Assembly: GCA_013239625.1 (NCBI GenBank)
Contig: MU053810.1
Coordinates: forward strand, 3,752,071 to 3,816,070
Direction: 5' to 3'
Length of the DNA: 64,000 bases
DNA from: Lama guanicoe
Taxonomy: Eukaryota
Below the pieces are notes generated by a model. It searched no databases, was not told where the DNA came from, and was given only the letters and a program-made list of their open reading frames with translations. A program made the translations under genes and the position numbers. This document shows, piece by piece, positions 14,649 through 29,100 of the stretch (within the stretch, counting starts at the first letter, position 1; every line of letters starts with the position of its first letter).

Positions 14649-15228
14649 GTTCACAGCAGCACTATTTACAATGGCCAAAACATGGAGACAGCCTAAATGT
14701 CCATCAACAGATGACTGGATAAAGAAGCTGTGGTATATTTATACAATGGAATACCACTCAGCTGTTAAAAATAATAAAATAGTGCCATTTGCAGCAACAT
14801 GGATGGACCTGGAGATTGTCATCCTAAGTGAAGTAAGCCAGAAAGAGAAAGAAAAATACTATATGATATCATTTATACATGGAATCTAAAAAAAAAAATG
14901 GACAAACTTATTTACAAAATAGAAACAGACTCACAGACATAGAGAACAAACTTATAGTTACCAGAGGGGAAGGCGTTGGGAAGGGATAAATTGAGAGTTT
15001 GAGATTTGCAGATACTAACTAATATATATAAAACAGATAAACAAGAAGTTTATACTGTACAGCACAGAGAACTACATTCAATATCTTGTAGTAGCTTATG
15101 GTGAAAAAGAATATGAAAATGAATATATGTATATTCATGCATGACTGATGCATGTGCTGTACACCAGAAATTGACACAACATTGTAAACTGACTATATTT
15201 CAATTAAAAAATACGTATACAAAAAACC
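14649..15228 (+). mobile_element. 5'-truncated L1 (ORF2 C-terminus + 3'UTR)
   Basis: KTWRQPKCPSTDDWIKKLWYIYTMEYHSAVK...FAATWMDLEIVILSEVSQ is the canonical ORF2 end; followed by L1 3'UTR and an A-rich tail. Confidence 0.9.
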
Positions 15229-18200
15229 ACATTGAGTGGAAACTGAAATATTATATTAAATGTGTGCAAATTTTCACAACCTACTGGTTCACAAGGCAGG
15301 TGAAAGCATACAACGTTAGTGCTGTTTGCAAAATCCTAAACCAGCATTAGTCCTGCAGTCTCACACGGTTAATAGGAATAGATATTTGACTCCTATCACA
15401 TCTGATCCCCCTGGTGGCAGCCACATAAGAGCACAGTGGTTAAGAACGCAGGAAGCAGAGCCAGGCATGTGGACCATCAAATTCCCACCCTCCCACGCCC
15501 CCCGCCGGCTGCAGAGAGTACAGCACATCACTTCCAACCGTGAACTTCAACTTCTTCATCTATGGAAGAGGGGCAGAAAGGCTATCTATATCACACCGAA
15601 GGAATGACTAATGCCTCATTATCAGGGAAGTTAAATAAGACCCGTACATACAGAGATCGGGAGGGTGCCTGGATTGCGAGGAATGCTAGATGGTATTGGT
15701 TCTTATTCACGTTCTCAATGAATGTGGTTCCCACAAAGAGAACATTTGTTGTGATATTCTTGCTTTGAATGCTTTTCTTCCGGCTTCCAAATTCTCTCTC
15801 CCTACCTACTTCTGATCTCACTACTACAAAACTATCCCTGGCTTTCCCAGATTCTCCACGAGGATGTTTCCATTCATGTGGGTGTGTCTTGACTGCCCAA
15901 CTTGGTTAGAGACATTGCAAAGGCAGAAATATCACCATGTCTTTCATGACTTTTCACAAGCACTTTCTGAAGACTTGGCGATGTAAGTCCTTAAATAAGG
16001 TCACAGTTACAGTATTGACCGTCCATAGATGGTGCCTCTTCAACCATAATGTGAACATAAGAAGTTCTAGAAAATTATAAATACTAAGGAATCAAGAAGC
16101 AAATGATTCTTACTCAAGTGAAGATCATTTATTTACAAAGGCATAAAAATAGATGATACCCTATGTGGATAATTACCAGCTTTGTAGGAACTTGGCTTTC
16201 AGAGAAACGGTGTGTGATGTTCTACCTTTTAGTTTGCAGTTCAGTCATCCAAAAAGCCAGACAGATTCTGGGAAAGGAAAGAGAAGGGAGGTAAGATCTA
16301 ATGAAAATAGCCTGCAATGGGCTGCTTATTCAGCTGTGAAGCTATGCAGTAAAATGGACACTCTTAAATAAAATGTATGCATTCATTATAACAAAAATGA
16401 ATATGTTCAATTAAACATGGGCCTTTAGAGCAATAAACCAAGAGTTAGGATGGTCAGAATGCATCAAGATATTCAAAACAAAATAGATATGATCACTTGA
16501 GTCATTTCCATTTCATCATGGCTGTCTACAGAGTTCTCCAGGGAATAGAACTTACTGAAAAACAGATCTACCTCTGGGAAGACAAGGGAACCAGAATAGG
16601 TAAATCTTTCACTTGTGAAGTGAAGTATAAAGAACTTAAAATATAGGTCTGAAAACACAAGCTGTCCATCTGCTTCTGATCCTTTAGGTGTGTGAAACTG
16701 GGCGAAACAGCCCCTCTGGACCTCATCTGACTGAAACGCAAAAGAAGACATTGAATCTCCTGACTTCTGAGCACCCTTCTACTCTAACCTTCAACCCAAT
16801 ACGTGCATAACCTTGGGAGGATAAACTCCTATTACACTATGTGTTCAAGTTAGTAATTACGGATGTTAAGACTATTGCATCTTTAAAACATTATTTCATG
16901 AACTATAATGGGTTGACAGCTCTCGAGCTTGGTGGCGCTGTGGATAGATTTCTTCGGGTGGGGCTTCACTTTAACCATGACCAAATTCAGCATCCTATCT
17001 CCCAACTTCAAGCCACTTTAATACCCTTGAACCCACCTCAGCCCAGAGGGACCACTGCTGTCTGTCTGGGCTTCATTTTTCCACTGTCACAGTTTGGAAA
17101 ATGCTCTAAGACGGACTGCAGGGTGGATGTGCTGTTTCCGTTCTTACAAAGATCACAGCTTTGTGCTGTCTGTCGTCCGCTGCCTGAGAACAGTTACTTC
17201 ACATACTTTGTTCAGTTTTGTCATTTTTATGTTGGGAGGGTGGGTGATCCTGATTCTTGTTACTTCATCATGACCAGAACCAAAAGTCAGCTCAGGGGTT
17301 TCTAGAAATATAAGCCTCCATGTTTGGGGGAAGGAATATCGTATTTCCATTTGTGTATTCATTTTCCTAAGGCAGTGCTGAAAGTATTTCTACTGTTCTT
17401 TCATTTTTATCTCCTTTCTTCTTCTCTGCACCCAGTTCTTTCTTTTTCAAATTCTCCTTAATAGAGGCCATGCAAGGTTTGCTTATATGCAAACTGACAT
17501 TTGGGCAGCTGCAGAAAAGTTTTATACAGCAGTAAGTCTGCATATACTAGAATTTTACTTAAGAGGAATCAGAGAGGGATTTATGTATATGAAACACATA
17601 AACAGCTAGATTTAGAAAGCCCAGGTAAACACACTATTTTATTTAATAAATATTAAAGGATGTTCTTTCGGCTGAAGGGAATATCAGTTGGAGACTCCAA
17701 TCTACACAAAGAATGAAGAACACTAGAAATGATGTATTTAAAAGAAAAAAACTCTTTTTGGTTGTTTTAAAAAAAATTTCTTTACAGGTTAATTGACTAT
17801 TTAGGGCAAAAAGAAAACAATGTGGTGTGGAGTTTACAGTGTATGTTGAAGATGTGTAACAATGATAGGACAAAGTGTGAAGGTAGTAAGTGGATGTTTA
17901 AGATTTTATCTGGGAATTGGTAAAACAGGCTGTGATAAGTAAAGGATGGATATGACAATCCCTAGGGCAACCATTAAAAAAGAAATTAAACAAAGAGGTA
18001 TAACTTAAAATGCCAACAGAGGGGAATAATGGTATACCAAAAAAGCAACTCAATCCAAAAAAAAAAAATCAGAGGATGAAATTTAAAAAGAAACAAAAAA
18101 ACATATGGAGCAATTAAAAAACAAAACCAAATAATGCCCCAAGCCAAATGTGATGTAAAATCAATAATGATATCTATGATAATTTATGCATGTTCAATTA

Positions 18201-21200
18201 GTATGAATGGGTTCTTAATAATTCCTATTGATCATCCTGTACTCAACAGAAGTTTTTAGGACCTTCTTTCCTGGCAGTTTCCACAAGAAGCTTGGAAATC
18301 GGTCTTGCCTCAGATAATACATTTTAGGACTAAGAGCTCTTTCCCCAGCCATCAGGGTATTTCTGATTCTATGAACGGGAGTTCCACTGTGGCTGCTTGA
18401 GACAAAAAGCTTTGGGTATCAGCTTTTATTTAAGCTTCCTGGTTTAGTAATTCTGATGTTCCAGCCTCCCGAAAGAGGCAAAGGAAGATACTAAATTTTG
18501 GAGCCAAACAGTTCTGCAGTTAGTGTGTCAAAGAGTCCTCTGCATGAACTCTGAGGCTGCCCAGCAGTGGGGCTGGAGAGACAGACAGCGAGCCAGGTGC
18601 AGATGTCCTCAGTGAATGTGGGAGAGTGACCTGAAGGTTGACAGATGGCAGGACTGAGGACCAGGTCACGGGTGGTGGAGACATAAGTAACCTGAGCCTC
18701 AAAGCAGGAGTTTGTTTTTGGTAGAAGGAGTTCCAGAGGGCACGTTGGAAGAGGTTATGTGGTAGGAGAGCTGGGAGAGGAATGGGGGATAATCTGGGTA
18801 CAGTGACATCAGACTGTCGGGGAGGACGGGTGAATGGAGGAGCCTTAATTCTGTTTCCTTTTAATTTTCCTTTTGCACTTACATTCATTAGAAACTGCCC
18901 TTCTGCCTGGGCTGTGGGAACCCAGCACATTCTTTTGTTGCTGCTGTCTACAGCCGAGCAAGACAAAGGGGCAGGCCACATACAACAGGACAAAATTGAG
19001 GCCCACGTGTGGACCCACTCTCCAGAGACATTCTTTCTCTGCCAAAACATTTGCAGGGCTCCAGGTTTCACACATCGAGGCAAATTCTTCCTTTACAGAT
19101 AATGTCTCGGATTTAATTCCATCGCTGCGATTGTAATGTGAACACGAGCAACTTAACATCCACGTGCTTCGTTATCTCCATCTACAAACCGTGGAACGGG
19201 AGATTTATGATGTTCCCGACTGGTGGGGAGTCTCATGAAGCAAAGCCATTACGAAGACTTTTATGTTATGTGTGATAAAATAGAATTAGAATTCCATTCC
19301 CCCAGCTTTTAAAAACAATGTGTAATGAAGTCAATGCACCATTTTACAAGGACTAGTAAAATCTAATTTAAATACAAACTTCAGTAATTTATAAAATTGT
19401 GAGAAATGCCAAGGACTTACTAAGGTTTTTTTCACCTTAGTCCAAATACATGAACACTATTTCTCTGTTCTCTTAAGACCTCTTGATAGTCATAAAAAGC
19501 CAAGATATTACCTGCACCAAAAATGTTGTAAGTTTCTTATAGTTTCCAGAGGTCATTTTTGCTCCACCATCTAGCTAGTAGAGCTAAAGAAACACTGAAG
19601 ACAGGGACTGGTCTCTCCATCTGATTTGTAACTCTGTTTTCCTTGTTTTTCCAGTGGAATTAAGGAAGCTTCACTTTTTTAACCTCGAATACCCATCAAA
19701 CTAAAGAAAAACATACTCCTAATTTTTTTGAGGTAGCACTGCCTTTCTGATACTGGAGTATACATTGGACTTTTATGACTTACTCAAGGTGGTTCCAAGG
19801 GGTCTCAGTGTCCATTGTAAAGCTGTCCCTGTAACGAGCATGTGGAAACACCTTGCTTCAGACTGCCTCAGCCACTAAGCCAATCAAGCCGGCCACGGTG
19901 AGTCCAGTTAGGCGATTACTTCCCCAACCTAATGCTTGGATACTTTTGATTTACTTTAAATGTGGCCAATTCCAAATGCCTCTGAACTCATGAGCAAAAT
20001 CAGAATAAATACACACACTGATGCAGAACAGTGGGCAACCTCTCTCACACTCAGCTGTAACACAACTCAGTCAGACTCAGCCGTCTGCATGGCAAAGGTC
20101 GTAAAAGAAGGACTTTGCACAAACCCTTTGAGGTTGAGAACCCCAGGGCTATGCGGAATAATCTGTTCTTTTTCTTTTCTCATGGTTCTGATTTTTAAGG
20201 GTAGGGCATTACCCATTGCCTGTAGCTCATTAATCACGGTAGCTTTTGATTATGAAAAGTGCAGTCCAAAACATGGTACTCTGAGAACTTGGCAGAGAAG
20301 TCCTAGGCCCATCCCTGAAATGTGCCAGAACACCCTGCAGTCTGCCAACTATGATTACACTTGGCATTAATTGAAGATGCTGAGAGCTATAAGCCTTCCT
20401 GAGTTTAGCCACCTGGAGCAGATTAAAATTTGGGTCCTGCCGGTGAGGAGGTTTGAAGGATTGGGAATACAAGGCTGTTTTAATCTTTTCCAAGTCAGGC
20501 TGTTTAGAAATATCCATACATCAAATGTTCGTGGCTCTCATATAATTTCCTTCTCAGGGGAGAATTCAATCACCAGTAACACAAAGTGGGATTAACTTGT
20601 CGTGGAGAGCCATCTGGAGAGAGATTCACCTTCCCCTGTAAATGTGTTCAGAGATCTGCCACCATGATTTTGAAGAAGTTGCTGAAAGCGCTCAAAGGTA
20701 CAAATGATGTTTCGTCTGAAAGTCTTGTTCCGTTGACCAGTGAAATGAACATGCAACTGCAGGAAAATCTAGTCCTTCTTCTGTGTTTTAATATTTCTCT
20801 GCCACGGGAGGGCGATATCAGGGTTTCCAGGAACAGCTTGAGTACTTGTAAAGACACGACAAAAAGCCAGTGGAAACTGTCCTTAAACTGCATTGAATAG
20901 ATAAAGGCTCATGAAAAGGAAAGTGAGTGGAGGGAGGGACTAAAACAGGGAAATTACTGAGTCAAAATTCAGCTCTCTGGGTCATGCTAGGGTGTCCAAT
21001 AAGAGCTGACTCCCTTGAAGAACACAGAAACCTTTAGGTAAGCCTTAGAAAGTAGAGAACCCAGAGGCACACAAAAGGCAGAGAAAGCCTTCACAGTTTA
21101 ATGGAAGAAAATGAATTAGCATAGTCTGGGGATAGAAGCCAGATGGCCGAAGAGATCAGAGGCCAGCCTCAAGTTCCCTGCACCAAGCCAGGTCATCTGA

Positions 21201-21519
21201 AATGACACCAGTCTTCAGAGCAGCAAGTGTGTCAGTCCTCAGAGGAGGAACTGAACCTCTACCAAAAAAAGTAAGTACCAGATGTACCAATGACCTGAAC
21301 ACTTCTGCGGTATGGGGGCAGAATCAGATGGGTCAGGAAAATAACAGATTATTTAAAAATTGGTTTTATTAAATACTTACCATCTTCACTATTAAAATTA
21401 CTGACAAACTATACATACAGTGTCTTGCTCAATGTGTAAGTCAATTATGATACAAAAAGTTGTGAAGCTATTAAAGTTATAATACACCAATTGATTTTGA
21501 ACAATGTACTAAGCCTCTG

Positions 21520-23870
21520 ACTCATTTGGTGAGGCTAGCATAAGTCTGATATTTAAACCAGGCAATGGCACCATGAAAAAAGAAAATTATAAAGTCAACT
21601 CAGTTTTGAATATAAATGTGAAAATCCTAAATTAAACATGGGCAAGCTATCTTAAAAATGTGTAAAAAAAATACATAATGACTAACCTGGGTTGGGTTGA
21701 TCTCAAGATGTCAGTGATGGCTTAACATTAGTAGAAAGTCTATTAATGTAATGCTTTACATTAACATAATAAAAGAGAAAGGCCATATGTTCATCTCACT
21801 GGGTACTGGAAAGCCAACAAACAAAATTCGACACTCATTCATGATGAGAACTCTTAGTAAACTAGGAATAGAAGGGCACATCTACATCCCAGTAAAGGTT
21901 ACCAAAAATCGACAGCAAACATCATGTGTATTAGAGAAATGTTGGAAGCATTTCCTTTAGAGTCAGGACCAAATCAAGGCTGCCTGCTTTCACCACATTC
22001 GATTCTACATTTATTGGAAGTCCAAGCCAGCACAATTAAAAAAAAACAAAAAAACAATTAAAGCTATAAAGACTGGAAAGAAAGATGATGCAACAATAAG
22101 ATTGTTTTCCCAGAAAATTCAAGAAACTCTTCAAGACAAACTGTGGAATATAAGAGGAGAATCTGTCAAGATTACTGGATGTACTATCCAAATATCAATG
22201 TACTAAAATTGCATTCAAACACACAAACAACAAGTAATTGGAAATTAGAACATGAAGTGAAAACACACACAATAGCAAGAAAAGTTACCAGTTTTCTACA
22301 AATAAATCTAACAAAAGATGGACAACTCCTTTATCAATAATAACATAAAGCTGTAGAAAAATATAAAATAAAACCTAAATAAATGGAGAGTGGCATTAAT
22401 GAACAGTATCAAAATAGCAATTGTCTGCCCTTTGATTTGTAAATTCAATGCAATTCCAACCAACACTCCAACAGAGTTATTTTTATACAACTAAATTTCA
22501 TATGGAAGGTGATCCTGTATTTCATTTGGATGAATGAAGAGCCAAGAATAGCCAATATATTTTTGAAGAAGGAAGATTTATATTTGCCAAATAGTAAGGT
22601 TTAATATAAAATTATAGTATTGAAACAGGGTAGCATTGGTACAGGGATAGACAAAGATGAATGGAATAGAATAAACTTTTAAACCAATGGTTTAATAAAT
22701 GGACATTTAGTAAATGGTACTGACAACTGGCTCTCCATGTAGAAAAAGACAAAATCAAATCTTTACCTCACACTATACACAAAAATTAATTTCAAGTGGA
22801 CTATAAACTTGAACGTGAAAATAAAAACACTAAGCTTTAGAAGATAATATAAAAGAATAGCATGATTATGTAAGATCCATTAAAAGAAATAAAATAGATT
22901 TTAAAAATCCATACAGGTCAAATTTTAAAACAAAATATTGAGTAAAAAAAGCTAGTTGGAAAAGAATGTGTACATTTTGGTGACAACAGTATGTCTTGTT
23001 TGTCACAAATTATATGCACACACATATGAGAACAAATGCAATAAAAAGACAAACTTTAAAGGTAGATGAATACGACTATTTAAAAATTAAAACTTCTGTA
23101 CAAAAGATATCATAAGCAAAGTACAAATCAAATTCACATAAGGGGAGAAAATAACTGAAACCCATACAATCATCAAATAATTGGTGTACACAATAATAAA
23201 GAATTCCAACAAGGCTGTAAGAAAAAGAGAAACAATCTAAAAGAAATAGACAAGAATGCATACGATTCATAAAAATTGTGAATTAGTGGCTAGTAAGTGT
23301 CTGAAAAGATTCTCAACCCAATTAACAACCAGGGAAATGAAAATTAGAAATCAATGACCCCATTTTGCACCCAACACATTGGCAAAAAGTTGCAAATCTC
23401 ATAACATCAAATATTGCTGGAGATGTGGGGAAACAGGGACCCATGCACATTGTTGGTACCACCACTTTGGAAAGCAATTAATGAAGTCCTAGGAAAGCTG
23501 AAGATGCACTATTCTTTGATCCAGTAGTTCCACTCCCAGGTGTCTATTCTAAATAATTATTTTTATGAAAGTAATCTTGCGTGAACAGGGAAGTTTATAC
23601 AAAGTCATTCATTCGTAGCGGGGTAGCATGGTTTGTAAAAATTGAAGAATGAAAACATCTTACTGTCTCTAAGTAAGATAACACTCTGGTTTGTCAATAC
23701 AATGCATTCTATACAGCAGGTAAAATGAATGAAGCAAATCTGTATCTCTCTGTCTATCTACTGCTATAAATCTTTAAAAACCAAAATGCTGAATAAGAAA
23801 ATCAAGTTGTAAAAGCATAGTGACAGATTTTAAAACACACTAAACAACAGTTATACTGTTTCAGAATAGT
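21520..23870 (+). mobile_element. Old degraded L1 (ORF2 RT region to 3'UTR)
   Basis: A-rich strand; decayed ORF2 motifs (KIRHSFMMRTLSKLGIEG; AAATTCAATGCAATTCCA). Confidence 0.8.
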
Positions 23871-23884
23871 CATCTGTACCCTAT

Positions 23885-24077
23885 CAGTAGTTCCCCCCAG
23901 GGGACATTTGGCAATGTCATAACTGGAGGAGGATGGTACTGGCATCTAGTAGATAGAGGCCAGAAACACTGCCGACATTTTACAATGCACTGGACAACGC
24001 CCCCAGCCCTGCCTCAATACAAACCAAAGAATTATTTGACTCCAAATGTCAAAAGTACTGAGGTTGAGAAATTCTGC
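23885..24077. mobile_element. hAT-Charlie MITE (MER20-like)
   Basis: CCCCAGGGGACATTTGGCAATGTC...CTGGCATCTAGTAGATAGAGGCCAG...GAGGTTGAGAAATTCTG. Confidence 0.75.
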
Positions 24078-25147
24078 TCTAGACCCATCCTATCCAAGTC
24101 ACATGACTGAGACCGGGGATTGAGGCAAGGAGTGTACTCTTCAAAAAAAAAAAAAATGACAGTACAGTTCAGGGAGAAGGGAAGTAATTAAACACATTGA
24201 CTACAGTATGTATGAAAAAGATTGAAAGAATACACACTAAAATATTATCAGTAATGATTCCTGAGATAGTGTTCAAGAGTTGTGTTGTGTATACTTCTAT
24301 TTTCTAACTTATCTAAAAGGAATATGAAGCATTGGTGAAATGAAAAAGAAAAGTACAAAAAAGGTATCTTTCCCCAAAAAAGTTCTCCTCCAACATTTTA
24401 CATTTCAGATCAGTTTCATAGTGTATATTTTTACATTATTATTCTTAGCTATTAACTATTTTGTGTTCTATTTTTCCCCCGTGACATTATTATATAGCTC
24501 ATTCCTTAAATCCAGATAATCTTCACATTTGAAGTTTTAATGGCTATATGATGTTTCATTGTATTGCTATGTCGAGATTTACTTAGCTATTTCCTAGCTG
24601 TTAATGATTTTGGATCCCTCTGTTATTATGAAAAGCATAGATATAAACATCTTTGCAAAAATCGAGTGTTTCCCCTTATTGAATTCTTTCCTTGGGATTT
24701 GCTTCCCAGAGCAGATTTGCCAAACAGAAGGATATAATGAGTTCTGTGATGCTTGGTCCATGTTGTCATATTTCTTTCCAGAAAAATTATGCCACTATTT
24801 CTACAAGCACTGTATGAGCGTACCTGAGTCTCCAAAGCACTGTTAACTTCGGCTTTTTAAAAAATCTGTTATTAACTTAATATGTAGGAGGTAGTGTATT
24901 GGGCTGTTTTAATTTGCAACTCTTTAATTATTAGGGAAGCCAAACATTTTCCCAAGCATTTGTTCACTATTTGTATTTTCCCTTGTGCAAACCATCTGCT
25001 CATATCCTTTAACCATCTGTCCAGTCAGACCTGAGTATCATCCACATAGATAACATTAATTTTCCTTGCATTCGTAATGGTAAATGGCTGTTGGTTATCA
25101 CAGCGCTCTCCCTGTTGCTTTCCTATTTATTTTTTCCAACTTGGGAC

Positions 25148-25295
25148 TGTGATGGTTAATTTTATGTGTCACTTTGACTGCGGCACCAGAGACCCAGGTA
25201 ACTGGTCAAGCATCATCTGGGTGTACCTGAGGCTGTCTCTGGAAGGAATTAGCACTGGGGAACTCTGTAAAGCTGGTGGCCCTCCTCAGAATGGA
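25148..25295 (+). mobile_element. ERVL LTR fragment (MLT2-like) just upstream of the MSRB2 promoter
   Basis: Starts TGTGATGGTTAATTTTATGTGTCA, the MLT2 5' terminus. Confidence 0.65.
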
Positions 25296-25389
25296 AGGGG
25301 AAACGATCTGGAAAATATTCTGGTAGATTTAAAGTTACACTTGCTTTAGGACTAGCCATTCCGTCTGCAGGTACTTAACCTGAGAGAGG

Positions 25390-26080
25390 TGCAGCAGCGC
25401 AGAGGGAGGAGGAGCGGTGTGGCGGCGCGAGAGAGAAGAGGAGGTGCCTGGGCCCGGGAGGGAGGCGGGGTGGTGGTGGCGGGGGTGGAGGGGGGACGTG
25501 GGCAGGGCCTGCGGGCCTGCGCTCGGCGACGCCTGGGGACGCGCCGGACCGTGGGCTCCGCGGGGCCGCGCGCAGCACCATGGCGCGCCTCCTCCGTGCG
25601 CTCGGGCGTCTGCCTTTCCGAGCGGCGCCAGGGCGGGCGGTGCGGTGCCGAGCGGACAGCGGCGGCCTCCGCGCGAGAAGCGGGCCCGGGGACGCAGGTA
25701 GGACGCGGGCGTCGCAGGCCCCGCCGCCACCTCCCGGCTTTCGGTTTCGGTTTTCCTTCACTTGCTGGAACTCAGGGGCCCGAGTGGTGGTTCTGGATCT
25801 TTTTCTTCGGGGCGCCGCTGCTCGCTCACCTCCTCCCGACCGGGACAGCAGGGGCTTGGGCGGGGGTCACTGACGCCTGTGAGAATTGGTGGAAAGGTAT
25901 ATAGATCCTCTCCCCAAACGTGCTTTTTTTTTTTTTTTTTTTTTTTTTGACAGGCTCAGGAGCGCCCAGGTGGAGGACCCCGGTGCTGGGTCAGCAGCCC
26001 GACCCCGCGCGTGCTCGTTTGTATCAGCCTTTGGTCTGTTAACACTGTCCCCCTCCTCGACTTGGGTCTTCCAGCGTCGG
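25390..26080 (+). promoter_or_regulatory. MSRB2: CpG island / promoter and first exon of MSRB2
   Basis: Abrupt switch from AT-rich L1 remnant to very GC/CpG-rich DNA around the ATG at 25580; GC-box-like GGGAGGCGGGG at ~25460; no obvious TATA box. Confidence 0.88.
25580..25697 (+). CDS. MSRB2: MSRB2 coding exon 1 (Arg-rich mitochondrial transit peptide)
   Basis: Strong Kozak cagcaccATGG; MARLLRALGRLPFRAAPGRAVRCRADSGGLRARSGPGDA; donor CAG|GTAGGA at 25698; 118 nt, phase 1, joins exon 2 in frame. Confidence 0.93.
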
Positions 26081-26171
26081 AGAAGCAGGCAGTTCAGACT
26101 TTGGATGCCTGCGGATTTTCTTCCTGCTCTGCTCTATTTCTCTGTGCGTTTGCAGGAGCCAGGGAAACATG

Positions 26172-29100
26172 TTGGGTAATAATCCATTCCGCCTTTAGCC
26201 TGATAACCATTGTTAGTCAGTGGATGTGAGACCCTCCAGGGAGAAGTGTATTTTCTGCAAAAATGCCTTTGGCTGACCTGTGGGATCGGGGCTCGTTTAC
26301 ATTCCATCCTTCAGCACGGAGTCACATTTGGAGAACTGCATCAACTGGCGCTGTATTTCAGATTTATTGCAGGGTAGTCTGGTGCCCCATGTTGATTGAC
26401 TTTCTGGGCAACTGCCCAGCCAGCCCATCTCTGAATCCAATTGTTTGTCCATTGAAGACATTTAAAGATTCCTATTGCCGCTGAAAATGTATCCAGTCAC
26501 TTGGAATTCCTTCTATCCTTTGAAGTTTTCAAAATGCAGTGTTAAATAAATAAAAGCACTGGCACTGGGGCGTGGACACTGATCCAATATGACTTGTGGC
26601 CATGGCCTTCAGACCGTGGTGTCTGTAGTCAGCCAGTCTGGTATTTGTCATGTGCCTACCCTGTGCCAGGCGTCGGCTTCCTGAGAACCACAGGTGTTGG
26701 AAACATCACAGTTGCGGGCTGGAGCCCTCTCATACCCCTGTTACAGGGTGGTGGTTTCGGTGGAAATTTGTCCTTCCGTTTGTATTGGGTGCTGTCGGAA
26801 ACAGCCTAAGGAATTGCTCTGGAATCTAAAGTTCTTCAGCAACATTAAAATTTGGCCAGACACCAAAACATAATAGGACACCAACTCCTGGGAATAATTC
26901 AAGAGAGAACCAAGTTGTATGTGCAGAGATGTTTTTAACAGCACTGCTCTTAAGAACCAGAAACTGGCTATAACCCAAATGTCCATCAGTTAAGGAATGC
27001 TTAAGCAAACCATAAAAGTTGAATTCAACAAACTAGTAGGCATCCGTTAAAAATGATAGACAGGTAATAGTTCTGTGGTTGAGGCAGCTTCAGTGTGGAC
27101 AGTGTCACTCACTGGCCCTGTGTCTCTGGGCATATCTTGAACTTCGTAACTTTACATCTGTTTTGTTTTTTGGTTTTTTATTCTATAAAATAAGAATAAT
27201 GATAATAGTAGGGTTGTTGTACAGAGTAAATAAAAAAAGGAACTAAAAATGCTTTATTACAATATTGGCACTTAGGAAGCACACAATAAACACAGGTTAT
27301 AATTAGATAAATAAATGGAAAGGATAAAAGCGTAGCTACGGTTAACCTGTGTTGTGGACTTGGAGAAGTCGGGGGCGGGGGGTAGGGGTGAGAAGATGTT
27401 GAAAGTGAAGGCGCACTTTTCTCCAGCACTGAGACGTCTGAGATGCACGAGGCATCTGGATTGACAAAGAGCAGAGTAGGAAGTGTCCCGGAGAAGACAA
27501 TCTGTTGTCGCAGGAAACATTCTTTCTAGAGATACTCTGCTCGGAAACCATTCTGAGCATAAGGGTAAACAGTTCAGTCACTGTGGTGGGAGGGGAGACT
27601 AGTCTGCAGAGTAGAGTGGGCTGGGAATTCTTTCTATACCAGTTCCTAACAGGTTCTCTTAGTTTCAGCCAGTATTGAAACGAGGCTGGCTCGTGTGTGA
27701 CACTTGGCAGTAGAGCAGCTTTGGCCAGAAAGGTTAGCAGAGGCAGAAGGAGGTAACCAGTGGGGGGGGTCATAGGACCAAGAGTGGGTTTCCTTAAAGG
27801 TGGGAAAATTGAAGTCCATCTCCTAGAACATATGCCTAGCGAGAAAGATAGCCTGTGCAAATCGCAGCACAGAGAGAGAGAGAGAGAGAGGACCCCAGTG
27901 GGCTTGGAGGTTCTCAACGCCTAGTCCCTGGTACAGCNNNNNNNNNNNNNNNNNNNNNNNNNNNNNNNNNNNNNNNNNNNNNNNNNNNNNNNNNNNNNNN
28001 NNNNNNNNNNNNNNNNNNNNNNNNNNNNNNNNNNNNNNNNNNNNNNNNNNNNNNNNNNNNNNNNNNNNNNNNNNNNNNNNNNNNNNNNNNNNNNNNNNNN
28101 NNNNNNNNNNNNNNNNNNNNNNNNNNNNNNNNNNNNNNNNNNNNNNNNNNNNNNNNNNNNNNNNNNNNNNNNNNNNNNNNNNNNNNNNNNNNNNNNNNNN
28201 NNNNNNNNNNNNNNNNNNNNNNNNNNNNNNNNNNNNNNNNNNNNNNNNNNNNNNNNNNNNNNNNNNNNNNNNNNNNNNNNNNNNNNNNNNNNNNNNNNNN
28301 NNNNNNNNNNNNNNNNNNNNNNNNNNNNNNNNNNNNNNNNNNNNNNNNNNNNNNNNNNNNNNNNNNNNNNNNNNNNNNNNNNNNNNNNNNNNNNNNNNNN
28401 NNNNNNNNNTTGGGTAATAATCCATTCCCCCTTTAGCCTGATAACCATTGTTAGTCAGTGGATGTGAGACCCTCCAGGGAGAAGTGTATTTTCTCAAAAA
28501 TGCCTTTGGCTGACCTGTGGGATCGGGGCTCGTTTACATTCCATCCTTCAGCACAGAGTCACCTTTGGAGAACTGCATCAACTGGCGCTGTATTTCAGAT
28601 TTATTGCAGGGTAGTCTGGTGCCCCATGTTGATTGACTTTCTGGGCAACTGCCCAGCTACCCCATCTCTGAATCCAATTGTTTGTCCATTGAAGACATTT
28701 AAAGATTCCTATTGCCGCTGAAAATGTATCCAGTCACTTGGAATTCTTTCTATCCTTTGAAGTTTTCAAAATGCAGTGTTAAATAAATAAAAACACTGGC
28801 ACTGGGGCGTGGACACTGATCCAATATGACTTGTGGCCATGGCCTTCAGACCGTGGTGTCTGTAGTCAGCCAGTCTGGTATTTGTCATGTGCCTACCCTG
28901 TGCCAGGCGTCGGCTTCCTGAGAACCACAGGTGTTGGAAACATCACAGTTGCGGGCTGGAGCCCTCTCATACCCCTGTTACAGGGTGGTGGTTTCGGTGG
29001 AAATTTGTCCTTCCGTTTGTATTGGGTGCTGTCGGAAACAGCCTAAGGAATTGCTCTGGAATCTAAAGTTCTTCAGCAACATTAAAATTTGGCCAGACAC

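Noticed and set aside
1..21000. Exons of the upstream neighbour gene (ARMC3 in human)
   Set aside because: I could not recognise any ORF or splice-flanked segment resembling it; small exons may have been missed.
27823..28497. Long ORFs containing poly-X
   Set aside because: Artefacts of translating the N gap.
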